DNA of 64,000 nucleotides from Octopus bimaculoides (GCF_001194135.2 NC_068999.1:782970-846969); one strand, 5' to 3'. Shown: positions 1 through 13,928, counted from the first letter of the stretch. Made by a program: numbers and translations. Notes: generated by a model not told the origin, from the sequence alone.

Positions 1-779
1 CTGGTCTGAATGGAAACAGCGGCAACAGGAACTGAATCAAGTAGACTCTAATTGGTTGGTAGATTTGCTAGATAGAGCAATATAGTCGCCCTCAAATCCC
101 CATTCTACTCTTTAAATACAGAACAAAATATGCGGAAGTAAATGTAATCTTCCATAGAGAGGTTTGTCAGGGCTGGAGTGCCACAAAGTGGTTTGTCAGT
201 TTTTTATGTATGCATGATTATGTGAGTGCACATATTTGAGCGTGAGTATATGTGTGGGCGTATACGCATCGATAAGCCTGTTACAGATGTGTATGTATAT
301 ATGGATGAGTCTATGTAAATATGTTGAATGGCGGACGTGCATGTATAAATGAGTGTGTGTGTGTGTGTGTGTGTATGTATGTGCGTGCGTGTGTACATAT
401 TTGTGCCTATAGATGTCTGCGTATATTGTCGCATCCTCTCCTGGGTTTGATATCAGATGGAAGAAGACGAAGAAAAAAATTTAAAAAATAAATTTTTTAA
501 TGGAATTAGAAGAAAGAGTAAAAAAGAAGGTCATGAAAAAGAAGCCTGGGAAAAAAAGAACGACAAGAACAAGCACAAATAAAAGACGAAGAGATGATGA
601 AGAAAATGAAGGAGGAGGAGGAGCAAGGGGAAATATGAAGAGGAAAAAGAAGGAACAAGTCGGAGAAGAATAAAAACGATTGCGACGACGACGGTAAGAA
701 GAAGAGCGTCAGCGAGGACGACTGCAACAACATTATCGACGACGAAAAGGAGAACATTAATAACAACGACTACAACAGT

Positions 780-810
<31 letters not shown>

Positions 811-2075
811 GTTATATGTTGGGAAATTGCTAAGACTTTACGCGATAACAGCAAGAAGAATCTTCTCCAAAGCAAGGAATTTTTCTAACAACAAATATCG
901 AAACAAATTTTCCCTGAATGATAATGAGGAAGACATCAAATTTCACTGTTCCCATTAGGGCCAATTGTACTTTATGGCATAATGCATTAGAATAACAAGA
1001 TTATCCTGATATCTAGAGAGCGAGAGTGCACAAATGAGTTTTCTCGCTCTGATAAGATATGGCAGCAAAGCCTTCCTCAAATAAACGATCATGAGACTTA
1101 ATTAAAGGAAGATTACAACGAAGCATATCTGAACTTTATATAATGATCACTAATTAGAACAAGAAAAATCATTGTGATTAGAAAATTACATAAATACACA
1201 CACACACACACACAGACATGCATATACATACACAAATACACACAATACATACGCACAGAGGCTCATGTGCATATATAATTTACTATATGTATGAATATAT
1301 ATNNNNNNNNNNNNNNNNNNNNNNNNNNNNNNNNNNNNNNNNNNNNNNNNNNNNNNNNNNNNNNNNNNNNNNNNNNNNNNNNNNNNNNNNNNNNNNNNNN
1401 NNNNNNNNNNNNNNNNNNNNNNNNNNNNNNNNNNNNNNNNTATATATATATATATATATATATATCTATAGTAGAAAATATAGGTGGTTTTCTATGAATG
1501 CATAAATGTGTGAGCGCACATATTTCAGTGTGAGTATGTATGCCTGGACGTATACGCACCGTTAAACCTGTTGTTGATGTGTGTGTATATATGAATGAGT
1601 TTATATATATATGTTGAATGGCACACGTACATGTATAAATGAGTATGCGTGTGCGTGTGTAGAATTTGTATGTTGGTATATTGATATTAATTCTTTGGTC
1701 CCTCCGTCTCTACTTCTCTCTCTTCTCTTCCCGCGTGACCCGCGTTCGGCCAAGCCTGAACATTCTTTCTTGGCCGGACGTTGTGCGTGCAACATCAATA
1801 TTCCTCCTTGTGTTTGTGAAATCTTGTATCCCTGCCGTAAGGCTTATTTTCCACACACGTCAGCTTAATTTAATTCGACCTTAGTCGAAAGACACCTGTT
1901 GTTATGTCCAGTTATTATTTTTATTGTATTTGTGTAACATTGTTCGTTTTTTTCCATCCTTGTTTTTGTATACATTCGTTGCTTTCTTCCTTGGATTCTA
2001 ATGCTGTTAGCTTAGTGTTTTCCTTGGGGTTTGACAGATTGGAGCAATATCGACTATAACCAACCGAAATTGCAA

Positions 2076-2136
<61 letters not shown>

Positions 2137-2961
2137 CTTTCCTGTATAAATCATTCTTCAGAAAGAGATAGATATAAACAGTGAATTATTATGAGATTAG
2201 TAAAGTATAAAAAAAAAACGTGATAAATTTGACAAACCAGACGTCGGAGGATTTGAGAAATTAGATTTGAAAAAAAATGGAAGACATACATCGAATTCCT
2301 CTAAGTAAAATATTATCTTGTGTATCTGCCGCCGAACCTGATCCTTCAGGACAGAAAAGAACTTAACGATTAATTCATTTGCAATTTTATGTAGTAAAGG
2401 ATTCTTCTTCAAGTGTTTTCCCTCGTAGAAATTTACCATTTAAAATACAAACACAAAGATGTCATAATATTTTCAACAACCACCTGTATGAAAATGTTGG
2501 TGTGCGTTGTCTTTTGACAAGAGTTAAAATTCTTCAAATGTGCAACTCGAATTGCATATCTGACGACGATTATGCATATGCAGGCTGACAGAAGATATGC
2601 AATCAAGTGTATATCAATGCAGATTTCCTGTAATTGCTGATTCCCAAATGTCAGTCATATGTCAGTTCCGAACGAAATTGCTGTCCGTATTTGACTGCAT
2701 CCATTCCGTAGAATCAACTCCACTCACAAATTATTCTTCGGGAGAAAATGTGCTTTGCTGCCCTTTGTAGATTTTGTTGTTGTTTTTCTTGCTTGTGTTG
2801 CTGTATTCTAGATAATACTCTTGGAGATTCGAATTCACCAAATTTAAGCATAACATTCAAGTCATGTATGTATACACGAACACGCGAACAAACATCTTAA
2901 TATACATTCATTCGTACACACATACGTTTATTCTGTACTTATATACATATGTATATGTATA

Positions 2962-3012
<51 letters not shown>

Positions 3013-3295
3013 ATATCAATTGAAACAGAATGTATGAGTAAATCTGTATGCAATAGGTCGATGTAAACTCTCTTGCAGGAACAAGACAACAGATTATTTC
3101 GAATCATATTGTAAGTCGTGGGTATTGGTACTGGCATATATATATATATTTAGAGAAAGAGAGAGAGAAAGAGACAGGGAGAGATAGATAGATACATAGA
3201 GAGATAGATAAAGATATATATTGATAGGCAGATAGATATAGGTAGATATACAAACATGTATATGTATATATATGTATATATACATACGTACATAC

Positions 3296-3350
<55 letters not shown>

Positions 3351-4247
3351 TATATATGCGTATTTATGTATGTATACGTGTGTGTACGTATACACACACA
3401 CACACGCACACAAACACAAAAACACACGCACACAAACACAAACACACACACAATCACACACACACACACACACACCCACACATACACATACATATATATA
3501 TATGTATATTTACATATGGATACGTACACACACATTTATATATACTCATATATGTATATATATATACTTGTTACATTTATCTGTGTGTGTGTATGAAAGA
3601 GAGGGAAAGAGAGGGAGAGAGAGGGAGAGAGAGGGAGAGAGAGATAGTGAATGGATGTCAGAGTGGTTACTGGGTTGTCAGATAAATTTGATATCGCTTT
3701 TCTACTCGTCACTCCATTGTTATATATCTGAAGAGAGATTTAATTTACTCCAATTTCGGAAACGGTAAATAAAAGTTCTATAGCAAGAAATAGTGTCAAA
3801 AATATCTCATAAATCATTACGTTAAATATGTTAAATGAGTGGGGAGGGAGAGATCGTAGGAATTTATTTGACATGCCAATATATATTTAAGTAAAAAAAA
3901 AACCAAAAACAAAGGCACGTATATAATAGTATATTGAATGTTTCGTGCAGAAATACATGAGATGTGTACTCATGTCTTGTTTTTACATCTGTCTCAGTCT
4001 AACAATAACAAGTGTCATAACTTCTTTATTAAATTAGGGATTGAATAATCTATGGTGAATGCACATTTAAAAAAAAGCTAGCGTTAATGCTAAGGAGATA
4101 AACGATCGAGGTATTTTATGTTACCTACCGTGATCTGTGTATCTATTTCGAAATCCGGTTCTCTCTCACATAACATCGTGTATTCCCATCTAAAATGGAG
4201 ACAAATAATGTACGTATATAGGTGTGTGTGTGTATATATGTGTGTGT

Positions 4248-4288
<41 letters not shown>

Positions 4289-4434
4289 TGTGTCTGTGTG
4301 TGTGTGTGTGTGTGTGTGANNNNNNNNNNNNNNNNNNNNNNNNNNNNNNNNNNNNNNNNNNNNNNNNNNNNNNNNNNNNNNNNNNNNNNNNNNNNNNNNN
4401 NNNNNNNGGTGTGTGTGTGTATATATGTGTGTGT

Positions 4435-4475
<41 letters not shown>

Positions 4476-4619
4476 TGTGTCTGTGTGTGTGTGTGTGTGT
4501 GTGTGAAAACAGTGTAAGATAGAATTACAAATGAAAATTTTAACATCATATAGCCCCAATGTTCTTGAAATAAGAATAAAGAAATAAACAATCTACTATA
4601 TAATAATTATTTCGAGGTC

Positions 4620-4760
4620 AAGGCGCTGAGGTGGCAGAATTTTTAGCACGATGGGCAAAATGCAGCTAAGCATTTTATATTCTGCTCAGGTTGAGTTTAC
4701 CTTTCATTCTTTTGTTGTCAATGAAATGAGCAGCGTTTGAGGACTCGTGCCCTAGTCGTA
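4620..4760 (+). mobile_element. Degenerate tRNA-derived SINE, family A (head ggcg..gagctggcagaat..ttagcacg)
   Basis: Shares head and cctttcatt core with the better copy at 8382-8595. Family assignment is from within-window similarity and recall. Confidence 0.6.
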
Positions 4761-6477
4761 ACACCAACTTGAACTTGTGGTTTCTTGAAGTCTCTGGGTG
4801 AGACTTTGAGTCAACGTGTACAAATGCAAAGCATATACAAAGCATATAATTGAAGCATGACCTTCAATTATTATTCAATATGTGCACGCACACACACACA
4901 CACACACGCACACATATATATATATATACACATTGAGAGAGAGAGAGAGAGAGAGGGGGGGAGAAATACATAGACAGATAGTTACATTCATACATACATA
5001 CATAAGTGCATACATACACGCATATACTCCCCCATACATGTGTTTGCATTTGTGCTCATAACGAATGGTTATTTATGTATATTTACGCAATAAACGCCTT
5101 ATTTCGCCGTTTCTTTCCTCAACCGCCTGCATACTTTAATCTGCTTAAGCTGCATAACAGAATATCCGGCAACATTTATATAATCATTGTTGCATCTGGA
5201 GCAACGTTAACACTTAATTACTTGTCAGAATAATAAACGACGACGGTGCATGTCTCCTTTTTATGCAACGAGCATATGACCGGTATCCGTACTCAATATT
5301 TAATATATCTACTTCTTTTGAAAGCCTGCTGTTCTGTGATTACTTTTCCTCAGAGGCATAATTATGAGAATATGACAAGAGCTTTCGTTATAGAAACAAG
5401 GTTAGCTTGTCGAATTAAATACCGTGTGTTACCTAATTAGTTCTCTTAGCATTCTGCTTTCATCAGTTTGTTGCCGTTAAGAATTATCGATTAAGTAGAG
5501 GCGGCAGGGTTAGTTCACACCAGTAATCCTCTCACCTTAATATTTCAGCCTAATGGTGCACAAGTTAAGGAATTATGATTAATTACGTCATTTCCTTGAT
5601 TTTTGTTGCTACTATTTTTGTCGTTCATATTTCAACAAAATGACATCAAGTCTAATTTCTCCTGCTTATCGTTTATGTGTATGTATCAAAGAAAAAAAAA
5701 CCACATTTCGATTCACCCGTCCGCCAGTTTTTGAAGATAACCAAACCACCATAATGAGTTCGAGCCACTCACCCAATGAGTATTTCTGCCACATGCGGTG
5801 AAAATCCGCTCAGCCGTTTACCAGTAATTTTGGAAATACACAGAGAAACAGACAAAAACGAGTGATTACAAAATCCTGCTTTCGTTTACACGCGCACTGC
5901 AATAAAATGCTAAAAATCAGAATAACAACGCACCAAAGACAGAATCACCGAGGAAGCCTGTACTCTGAAGTTCACCCTGTTTAAAATACGCACTAATCTG
6001 GATAAAACAACATGAGCATCATTCGATCAGCCAGAGACGGCTTCTCCTGGAAGCAGCCAGCACTAAGAATATTATTTCATGTAGCAACACATCAGATTTC
6101 AAAGTGAACTGGGAGAGGAACACATGACATGGTGCGTCGGTTTCTCTAAAATATAACATAAAACGTGTATAAAGAAAAACTAATGTCATATTAACCAATA
6201 GAAAGGAAACAGTTGCGAAACGGTCACGATTGAAATGTTTTTGGCAATGTTTTTGGCAATATTCAGTGTTGACCTGCGGAGGAGCTATAAATAACATCTA
6301 TCACTGATCTATATTATCGAAGCCAGAGATTGTCCAAATGTTACAAACCGCTTTCACACTCCACCTGCAGTGCTTGAAATTCTAGCTCTGTATATCAGTA
6401 GCTTCCAGTTTCCTAAATAACAAATATGTCTACTCTGTACTATTTTCCTATTTCTGATGCTAAATCTTCTATACTTC

Positions 6478-6540
6478 TCTTCTTCTTCTTCTTCTTCTTC
6501 TTCTTCTTCTTCTTCTTCTTCTTCTTCTTCTCCTTCTTCT

Positions 6541-6572
<32 letters not shown>

Positions 6573-6632
6573 TTCTTCTTCTTCTTCTTCTTCTTCTTCT
6601 TCTTCTTCTTCTTCTTCTTCTTCTTCTTCTTC
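6478..6632. repeat. (TTC)n microsatellite, about 50 units
   Basis: Seen directly; source of the poly-F and poly-S ORFs in the track. Confidence 0.98.
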
Positions 6633-7604
6633 TCTCTCCTCTTTACTATTTCACTCAGTGTATTTGATGAAGAGCAACATCTTACTTCGTTGACGTTGCA
6701 TCAATTCAGATAACAGAGGTAAGGTTAGATAGTTGAAATTACACATTATTAACTTTCATCTCCTGAGAATTGGACAAGAAGAAAAACAGACAGAATAAAA
6801 AAGAAAGAGAGAGAAAAGTAGACGAATAAGAAGAAATAAATGTGTAGAGATGCAAGACAATTTTGAGATGAGAATTTGCAACGGTTATGTAAACTCCATG
6901 GGAAATTCAGTGCAAACATTCGCAGAGAAGTTTGGCGCAGTTTTATTCATATTATTGGCCTATTATAACAATTGTATCTGCTATAATAGGGAATGTTTAT
7001 ACATAAATCAAGTAGTTTGGTTCCATAGAGGATTCGTATGACAATTCTAAAGAAAGTCGAAAGATATATACTATTGAAGAAACGCATTAATCTCAAGTTA
7101 AATTTCAATTCGTAAATTGTAATAGCAGCCAGCATATGTAGTCGAGCAGTGCATTGGTACAAAGAGAATTTACATCTCACCGCATGAAAAAGATTCATTC
7201 TTACAATAAATTACTTTCTATCTTCTTCGTTCCACTTTTTCTATTGGAAATTCCTCTTACAGTAAAATACATTCAATGGTGTGCCAAACTAGGACTAATC
7301 ATGGATAACACGAAGGCACCTAGTTCGCAGCAAAATCCTTAATTTTTCAAATCACGCTCAGAAATTGTTCTGCTGTACATTTGGCGGGTCGGTAAAATTA
7401 AGTACCAGTCATTCGTAAATAAGAAGAAAAAATCGTGAGCTCTAAGACTCATAATTCATACGTATACGTTTTCGATGGCGTTAAAATAGCAAAGATCACA
7501 TTATACACCGGCTGAAAGGGACGCCAGTCCATGGCAAGATTAAAGGAGATCAGAGTTAGATCGAACTTCACCGCTACTGTATTTTATCGATCCCGAAAAC
7601 CGAT

Positions 7605-7690
7605 GTTGGTGAGTCCTGGGGTTCAATTGTTCGACTAAAGGTGGTGCTCCAGCATGGCCGCAGTCAGATAACTGAAACAAATAAAAGAAA
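7605..7690 (+). mobile_element. 3' tail of SINE family B (gactaaaggtggtgctccagcatggccgcagtc...actgaaacaa)
   Basis: The same tail recurs at about 9630-9690, 28210-28280, 35025-35075 and 54140-54210. Confidence 0.75.
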
Positions 7691-8381
7691 AAATATATAT
7701 ATACAGACATGCTATGTTCCTTTAGGAACAGGTAAAGTACAATATGTGTGTGTGTGTGTATATGTGTGTGTATGTGTGTGTATGTGCGTGTGTGTGTATA
7801 AACATAACTTTCCTTTAGCAATCCCATATTTAAATATGCTTTACTAGATTTTCCTGATACATTTTGAAACTAGTGTCAGTATTAAAATTTTGGCGAGTCT
7901 AAATAAAAGCTGTTGTCTTGGAAAATTCCAAAGCAAGCCAGACGATTTATATGATGCGTCGTAGAACTTTCCCAAATGATCTTCATTTACCATCTTGGTT
8001 GTATTAAACCCGTAAAATATAGATAAGCACTGACAGTTCCAGCTATTTACTGGTAATAAAACAGAACAACAACTGAAGCAGCTTTCTCGGACGCACGTTA
8101 CAAATAACAACTTCAACCTTCCAGTATCTTCATGTAGCTATTTTGCATAACGCACACACAGGCAAGCACGCGCGTGCGCGTGTACACATGTACACACTGA
8201 GAAACATACAAACATACTTTAATAAACACAGCTTTTATGCCAAGAGAGCAAAACGTTTTCTTTTTGTTTTTTGACATATTTGAACAGGTAGCGTTCTGCT
8301 CGAAATATTTGGAATAATTTCATATTTTTACGGTTATATATCTCGGTATACTTACTATTGCTATAATTCATATTTGATGGT

Positions 8382-8595
8382 AAGGCAGTGAGCTGGCACA
8401 ATCGCTAGCTTGCCAGGAAACATGCTTAGCGGCATTTCGTCCGTCATTACGTTCTGAGTTCAGATTCCGCTGAGGTAGACTTAGTTGTTCATCCTTTCTG
8501 GGTCGATAAAATAAGTGCCAGTTATGTACTGTTATCGATGTAAACGACTAGCCTCTCCCCTCAAAGTTTCCGGCCTAGTGCTTTTGCTTGAAAGG
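8382..8595 (+). mobile_element. Near-complete tRNA-derived SINE, family A
   Basis: aaggcagtgagctggcacaatcgctagc...gttctgagttcagattccgctgagg (B-box-like) ...catcctttctgggtcgataaaataagtgccag. Partial copies at 4620 and 16685 (+) and at 17335, 29040 and 36935 (-). Confidence 0.8.
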
Positions 8596-9704
8596 TTTAT
8601 TCATGTTTGATGCTGATCTCCATTGTCGTAAGTAATGGCTTTACCTCATTGTCCCGGAAACATCCAGAAATGACAAAACAAACTATCATACATACTCTGT
8701 GCAGTATTAATAACTACAAAAGTTTCGACCTTTATATAAATATATAAATATATATATATATATAAATATATAAATATATATATATATAAATATATAAATA
8801 TATAAATATATAAATATATATATATATAAATATATAAATATATATATTTGTCTTTGTTGCCGTACACATTCGCTAGCTTTCTTACAAAGGGGTCTAATGC
8901 TCTTAGCTTAGACACTTGGGGGACAACCAGATGGAACTATATCAAGTGTAACTGTCCGAAATGGTCGTGACTTCTGGTACTTGACTGATGAAAGAAAGCC
9001 AAGAATGACCCGTCTTTTTTGCCAGTCCTTCTAATTGTTGTTTCTCTTGTCTGCCTTTGTATCGTCCATCTGTCCGAACGTTTTAATGCCCTCTATTGCG
9101 TTTTTGTTCCATTTTTATATTTATATATACAAATATGATACAAAGCTTTTGAGGTAAGGATGTAATAGAATATATTACGACAGTTTACTAAAACAAACCC
9201 CAACACAGAACCAACTGGTAGAATCTCCTACCCATGTAATATCAGAATTCAACGCACCGATCCAAAGGTCTTCTGTAATATATACATATGTACAAATATG
9301 TGTACGTCTACATCTAATGCATATATTTGTGTGAATATGCAAAATATATTTAAATGTGAATAAACATAGCAAACATGTTTCTTTTATTAATAAACCTAAA
9401 TGTCGTTTCTTATCTTCCTCAATCTCAATATTTCTCCCCAAGATATTGATTTTATTAATGAAGGGTGCTTTGGTTGAACTTTTCAACGAATATTTATCAC
9501 ACTTACAAGTGTGAAGCGATAGTGCAATTAACATTTCAAGCAACAAGTTGATTCCAGTTTCTAAATCTCATTAATAGCTGCTCATTTGAACAAAATACAA
9601 GAAACAAATGAACAAAGAGTAAGTCTCGAAGTCGATTAGCTCGACTAAGAAGGCGGTGCTCCGGCATGACCGCAGTCAAATAACTGAAACGTATGTATGT
9701 ACAA

Positions 9705-9741
<37 letters not shown>

Positions 9742-9896
9742 CGTATATGCTTGGAGCTTTTAAAGTATATATGGATATACGTCTATCAGCTGTTTCACTC
9801 ACTCTCAAACATAAGTGTTTATATATATGTGTATGTATGTTGTATGTATATATGTATGTATGTATGTATGTATGTAAGTATATATATATATATATA

Positions 9897-10643
9897 NNNN
9901 NNNNNNNNNNNNNNNNNNNNNNNNNNNNNNNNNNNNNNNNNNNNNNNNNNNNNNNNNNNNNNNNNNNNNNNNNNNNNNNNNNNNNNNNNNNNNNNNNNNN
10001 NNNNNNNNNNNNNNNNNNNNNNNNNNNNNNNNNNNNNNNNNNNNNNNNNNNNNNNNNNNNNNNNNNNNNNNNNNNNNNNNNNNNNNNNNNNNNNNNNNNN
10101 NNNNNNNNNNNNNNNNNNNNNNNNNNNNNNNNNNNNNNNNNNNNNNNNNNNNNNNNNNNNNNNNNNNNNNNNNNNNNNNNNNNNNNNNNNNNNNNNNNNN
10201 NNNNNNNNNNNNNNNNNNNNNNNNNNNNNNNNNNNNNNNNNNNNNNNNNNNNNNNNNNNNNNNNNNNNNNNNNNNNNNNNNNNNNNNNNNNNNNNNNNNN
10301 NNNNNNNNNNNNNNNNNNNNNNNNNNNNNNNNNNNNNNNNNNNNNNNNNNNNNNNNNNNNNNNNNNNNNNNNNNNNNNNNNNNNNNNNNNNNNNNNNNNN
10401 NNNNNNNNNNNNNNNNNNNNNNNNNNNNNNNNNNNNNNNNNNNNNNNNNNNNNNNNNNNNNNNNNNNNNNNNNNNNNNNNNNNNNNNNNNNNNNNNNNNN
10501 NNNNNNNNNNNNNNNNNNNNNNNNNNNNNNNNNNNNNNNNNNNNNNNNNNNNNNNNNNNNNNNNNNNNNNNNNNNNNNNNNNNNNNNNNNNNNNNNNNNN
10601 NNNNNNNNNNNNNNNNNNNNNNNNNNNNNNNNNNNNNNNNNNN
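9897..10643. other. Largest assembly gap (N run) flanked by (AT)n; one of 19 gaps in the window
   Basis: Seen directly. ORFs spanning X residues are artefacts. Confidence 0.99.
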
Positions 10644-10694
<51 letters not shown>

Positions 10695-10897
10695 TACATA
10701 CATACATGCAAACATATATGCTCGTGTGTATATAGACAAATGTAGATGGTTAATTACTATGTCTGTATTTTGAAGAAATATATGTACAGACATTTTCGAT
10801 CGTAAATAGATACCTTAGAAAAAAAAAACAGTCTGCTTTTCTCAATTACTCTAGCTATCACTCTATGTGATTGGCCATCTGTTCGTCTAATTGTTTG

Positions 10898-10949
<52 letters not shown>

Positions 10950-10950
10950 C

Positions 10951-10991
<41 letters not shown>

Positions 10992-12214
10992 TCTCTCTCT
11001 CTCTCGCTCTCTGTATATATATATATATATATATATACGTCTGTCTGTTTTTCTATTTCTCAATTTGTCTATTAGTATAATAGCTAATATTTGACTCGTA
11101 CACGTAAGGTGTCGCTGCTTCAACATTTTCTTAAACAGATTGATCCAAAGCTATCAAGACTGCCTATAACTGGTAGTTCAAAAAATCAAATAACACAAAA
11201 CAGCTTAACTGCACTTAGATAGTCCATACTTATAAAGGGACACATAAATTCGATATTGGGGCGAGGAAAACGACGGAATACTCGTGTTTGCCTTTAATGA
11301 GAGGTTTACTCGAAGATAAAACCAATGAAGTTATTTGGAAGTGATGAGACACCTCGATACAACGTGACACATGTTAGAAGCAGCGGCTTCATTTTACACT
11401 CGCCTCGCACATAATGATACAAGTCCAAATATTTTTGAGTATTTAGTCTTAAAATTTATGGGCATTTAACTGGATTTACTCTTATATTTCCATACATAAG
11501 TAAAACAGAACATTATTCATGTCGTCCAAATCTCGCAGGCGAAAGTTGCAGACCATGAATAATGGTATTTCCCTCTATCACAATAACATCCATCATTATG
11601 ATAATATATTAAAATGAAAACTGCACGCAATTTAACCAGGTTGTATCAACGCTCAGGGAGTTGATTCAGTTTTTAAATAAGCATTGCATTTCATTTTATC
11701 AGTCGTTCCATAAAATGCTTTGCAGAAGTAGATATATTTGATATTGGTTCTCTCTCTCTCTCTCTCACTCATCCCCCTCTCTCTCACTTGCTCCCCTTTC
11801 CCTCCCCTCTCGCTCTCTCTCTGTTTTCCCCTTAGATTTAGCTTTTCCTGAGTTCTTACACAATCAAGGCAAACAACGTTAGCCCGATACCAGTGATATC
11901 GTGCGTCGCAGAACCGTTTGGCTAACGCATTCCCAAGCGGGTAACTATGTTAAGAGCCACAAACATTTACACTGTGTTACGAGTCACGTACAGAACTACG
12001 CTATTTGTGAAGCTCTTTAGAACACAATGCTGTGGATACACACAAGTACACCCCCCCCCCACATATATATANNNNNNNNNNNNNNNNNNNNNNNNNNNNN
12101 NNNNNNNATATATATATATATATATATACACACACGAGTCCGAGGAGGCTATCAGATGTTACCCCATAACTCACCTCTGAGTGCACTATATCTCATAGCA
12201 GAAAAGTTGTAAAA

Positions 12215-12251
<37 letters not shown>

Positions 12252-13122
12252 CATGTATATGTATGTGGGTGCCTGTCAGAACAATGGCTCTGAAATCTGT
12301 GCACAATTAAAAAGTCAGTGTTAATCACATCGATCACAGTAGGAGATGTAAAGAAGCACACCTGTAACTACACCATCACATATATATACACAAACGAACT
12401 CACTGAGAGACATATACACACACACACATATATATATATATATATCAACATATATATTTATACATACACATTTACACGCATGCGCATGTTTATATGTATG
12501 GGTGTCTGAGTATGTAAGTATCCATGCATAAATATTTCATGTTATTGGGGAAAGAAATGTTCTAACTTTCTCACTTCGATGTATTTCGACAACAAATATT
12601 AAAAATGTTTTAAAATAATTCAAAATGTTCAAATAACCGCCACGTCGTCAAAGAGAATAATTTCAAATAAATAAACTGTTAAAAAATAAACTGTCTCAAT
12701 AACATCAGACAATACGTCAGCGAACGATATCCATACAATAAAACTACTTAAATGAAAATAAAGGGAAATGAAGTTAAAACGAAATAAAAATAAACATGAA
12801 AATTAGACAGTCAAATATATAAAACCAGAAATATGTATACATTGATGCATTATTTCTAGCAGAAACTTTAAAAAATGTTCTATCATAAAATGTTATATAT
12901 CACTGTATAGGTCTCTCTCTCTCTCTCACACTCTCTCTCTCTCTCTCACTCTCTCTCTCTCTCCGGCTCAATCTCTCTCTCTTTCTCTTTCTCTCTCTCT
13001 TTCTCTTTCTCTCTCTCTTTCTCTTTCTCTCTCTCTTTCTATTTCTCTCTCTCTTTATCTCTCTATCTCTCTCTCTTTCTCTCTCCCTCTCTCTCTCTCT
13101 TTTTTCCCTCTCTGTATATATG

Positions 13123-13164
<42 letters not shown>

Positions 13165-13180
13165 AGTAATATATTTGGTA

Positions 13181-13340
13181 GTGTGAGAATGCATGGACTA
13201 GTGATTAGAGCGTTCTTCTCATGATCATGATATTGCGGTTTCAATTCCTGGACCTGGTAGGTCGTTATGTTCTTCAGCAAAACACTTCATCTCAGGTTGC
13301 TCTGTGATCACTTCGATGCCTGACATATGGCACACCGTGG
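13181..13340 (+). mobile_element. tRNA-derived SINE head fragment, related to family C
   Basis: A-box-like tggactagtgattag and B-box-like ggtttcaattcct, then tgttcttcagcaaaacactt resembling tgtccttgagcaagacgcct at 15371. Confidence 0.6.
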
Positions 13341-13354
13341 AAGGAGCTTAGTAG

Positions 13355-13690
13355 AGTGTTCAGTACGGACAAGGAGGTCATCCTCAAGCCGAAACGAGGA
13401 GCCGGTTGAGACAATTAGGCAAATAGTCAAGGGAGACCAACGTGTAACAACCCAAGAAATTGCCCACGAAGTGGGAATAAGGACAGGATCAGTGGAATCC
13501 ATTTTAAAGGAGGGCTTGTCAATGTGGGGAGTGTCGATGAGATTTGTCACCAAAGTGCTGACAGTGCAGTAGAAGCAACTCTACGTGCAAATCGTTCAAG
13601 ACTGGTTGAATCGTGTAAACTACGACCCAGATTTCATGAAGACAATCAGCATTGGTGATGAGCCGTGGGTTTATGGTATCTGCTCGATAT
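13355..13690 (+). mobile_element. Mariner transposase remnant (second HTH region through first catalytic Asp), inactivated
   Basis: Translation RSSSSRNEEPVETIRQIVKGDQRVTTQEIAHEVGIRTGSVESILKEGLSMWGVSMRFVTKVLTVQ*KQLYVQIVQDWLNRVNYDPDFMKTISIGDEPWVYG matches mariner motifs (WVP-like FVTKVL; I-x-GDE-x-W-x-Y), with an in-frame stop at 13570. Confidence 0.85.
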
Positions 13691-13755
13691 GTTCGGTCAT
13701 CTTACATGAAAAGGGGCGCGCATCAGAGGTCTAGGCGTAATAGCTGGGAACTTAC

Positions 13756-13811
13756 GCGGAATACCGACACCAAAGTTTCTTTCCCATCCCAAGGATATTC
13801 CCCGCGCGGCA
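13756..13811 (-). other. Candidate 56-nt exon
   Basis: Minus strand ctttacttttcctgccaaatatag|TGCCGCGCGG...ATTCCGC|gtaagt. GC-rich and open in all three frames; no protein recognised. Confidence 0.25.
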
Positions 13812-13892
13812 CTATATTTGGCAGGAAAAGTAAAGTCGCTCACATTTTGAACTCATTTCATATAATACATAAAAATATATATATTCTTGTCC

Positions 13893-13928
<36 letters not shown>

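Noticed and set aside
2290-2483. Two minus-strand exon-like blocks (2437-2483 and 2290-2343) with a 93-nt intron; one frame reads SGSAADTQ as in proteasome beta subunits
   Set aside because: The only open frame of the first block splices into a stop, and the residues after AADTQ do not continue the proteasome sequence.
4222-4506. Identical GT-mosaic blocks on both sides of the 4320-4407 gap
   Set aside because: Typical contig-end overlap artefact.
6659-6762. Overlapping plus- and minus-strand pseudo-exons next to (TTC)n
   Set aside because: All frames are closed; splice-like signals are expected by chance next to pyrimidine and purine tracts.
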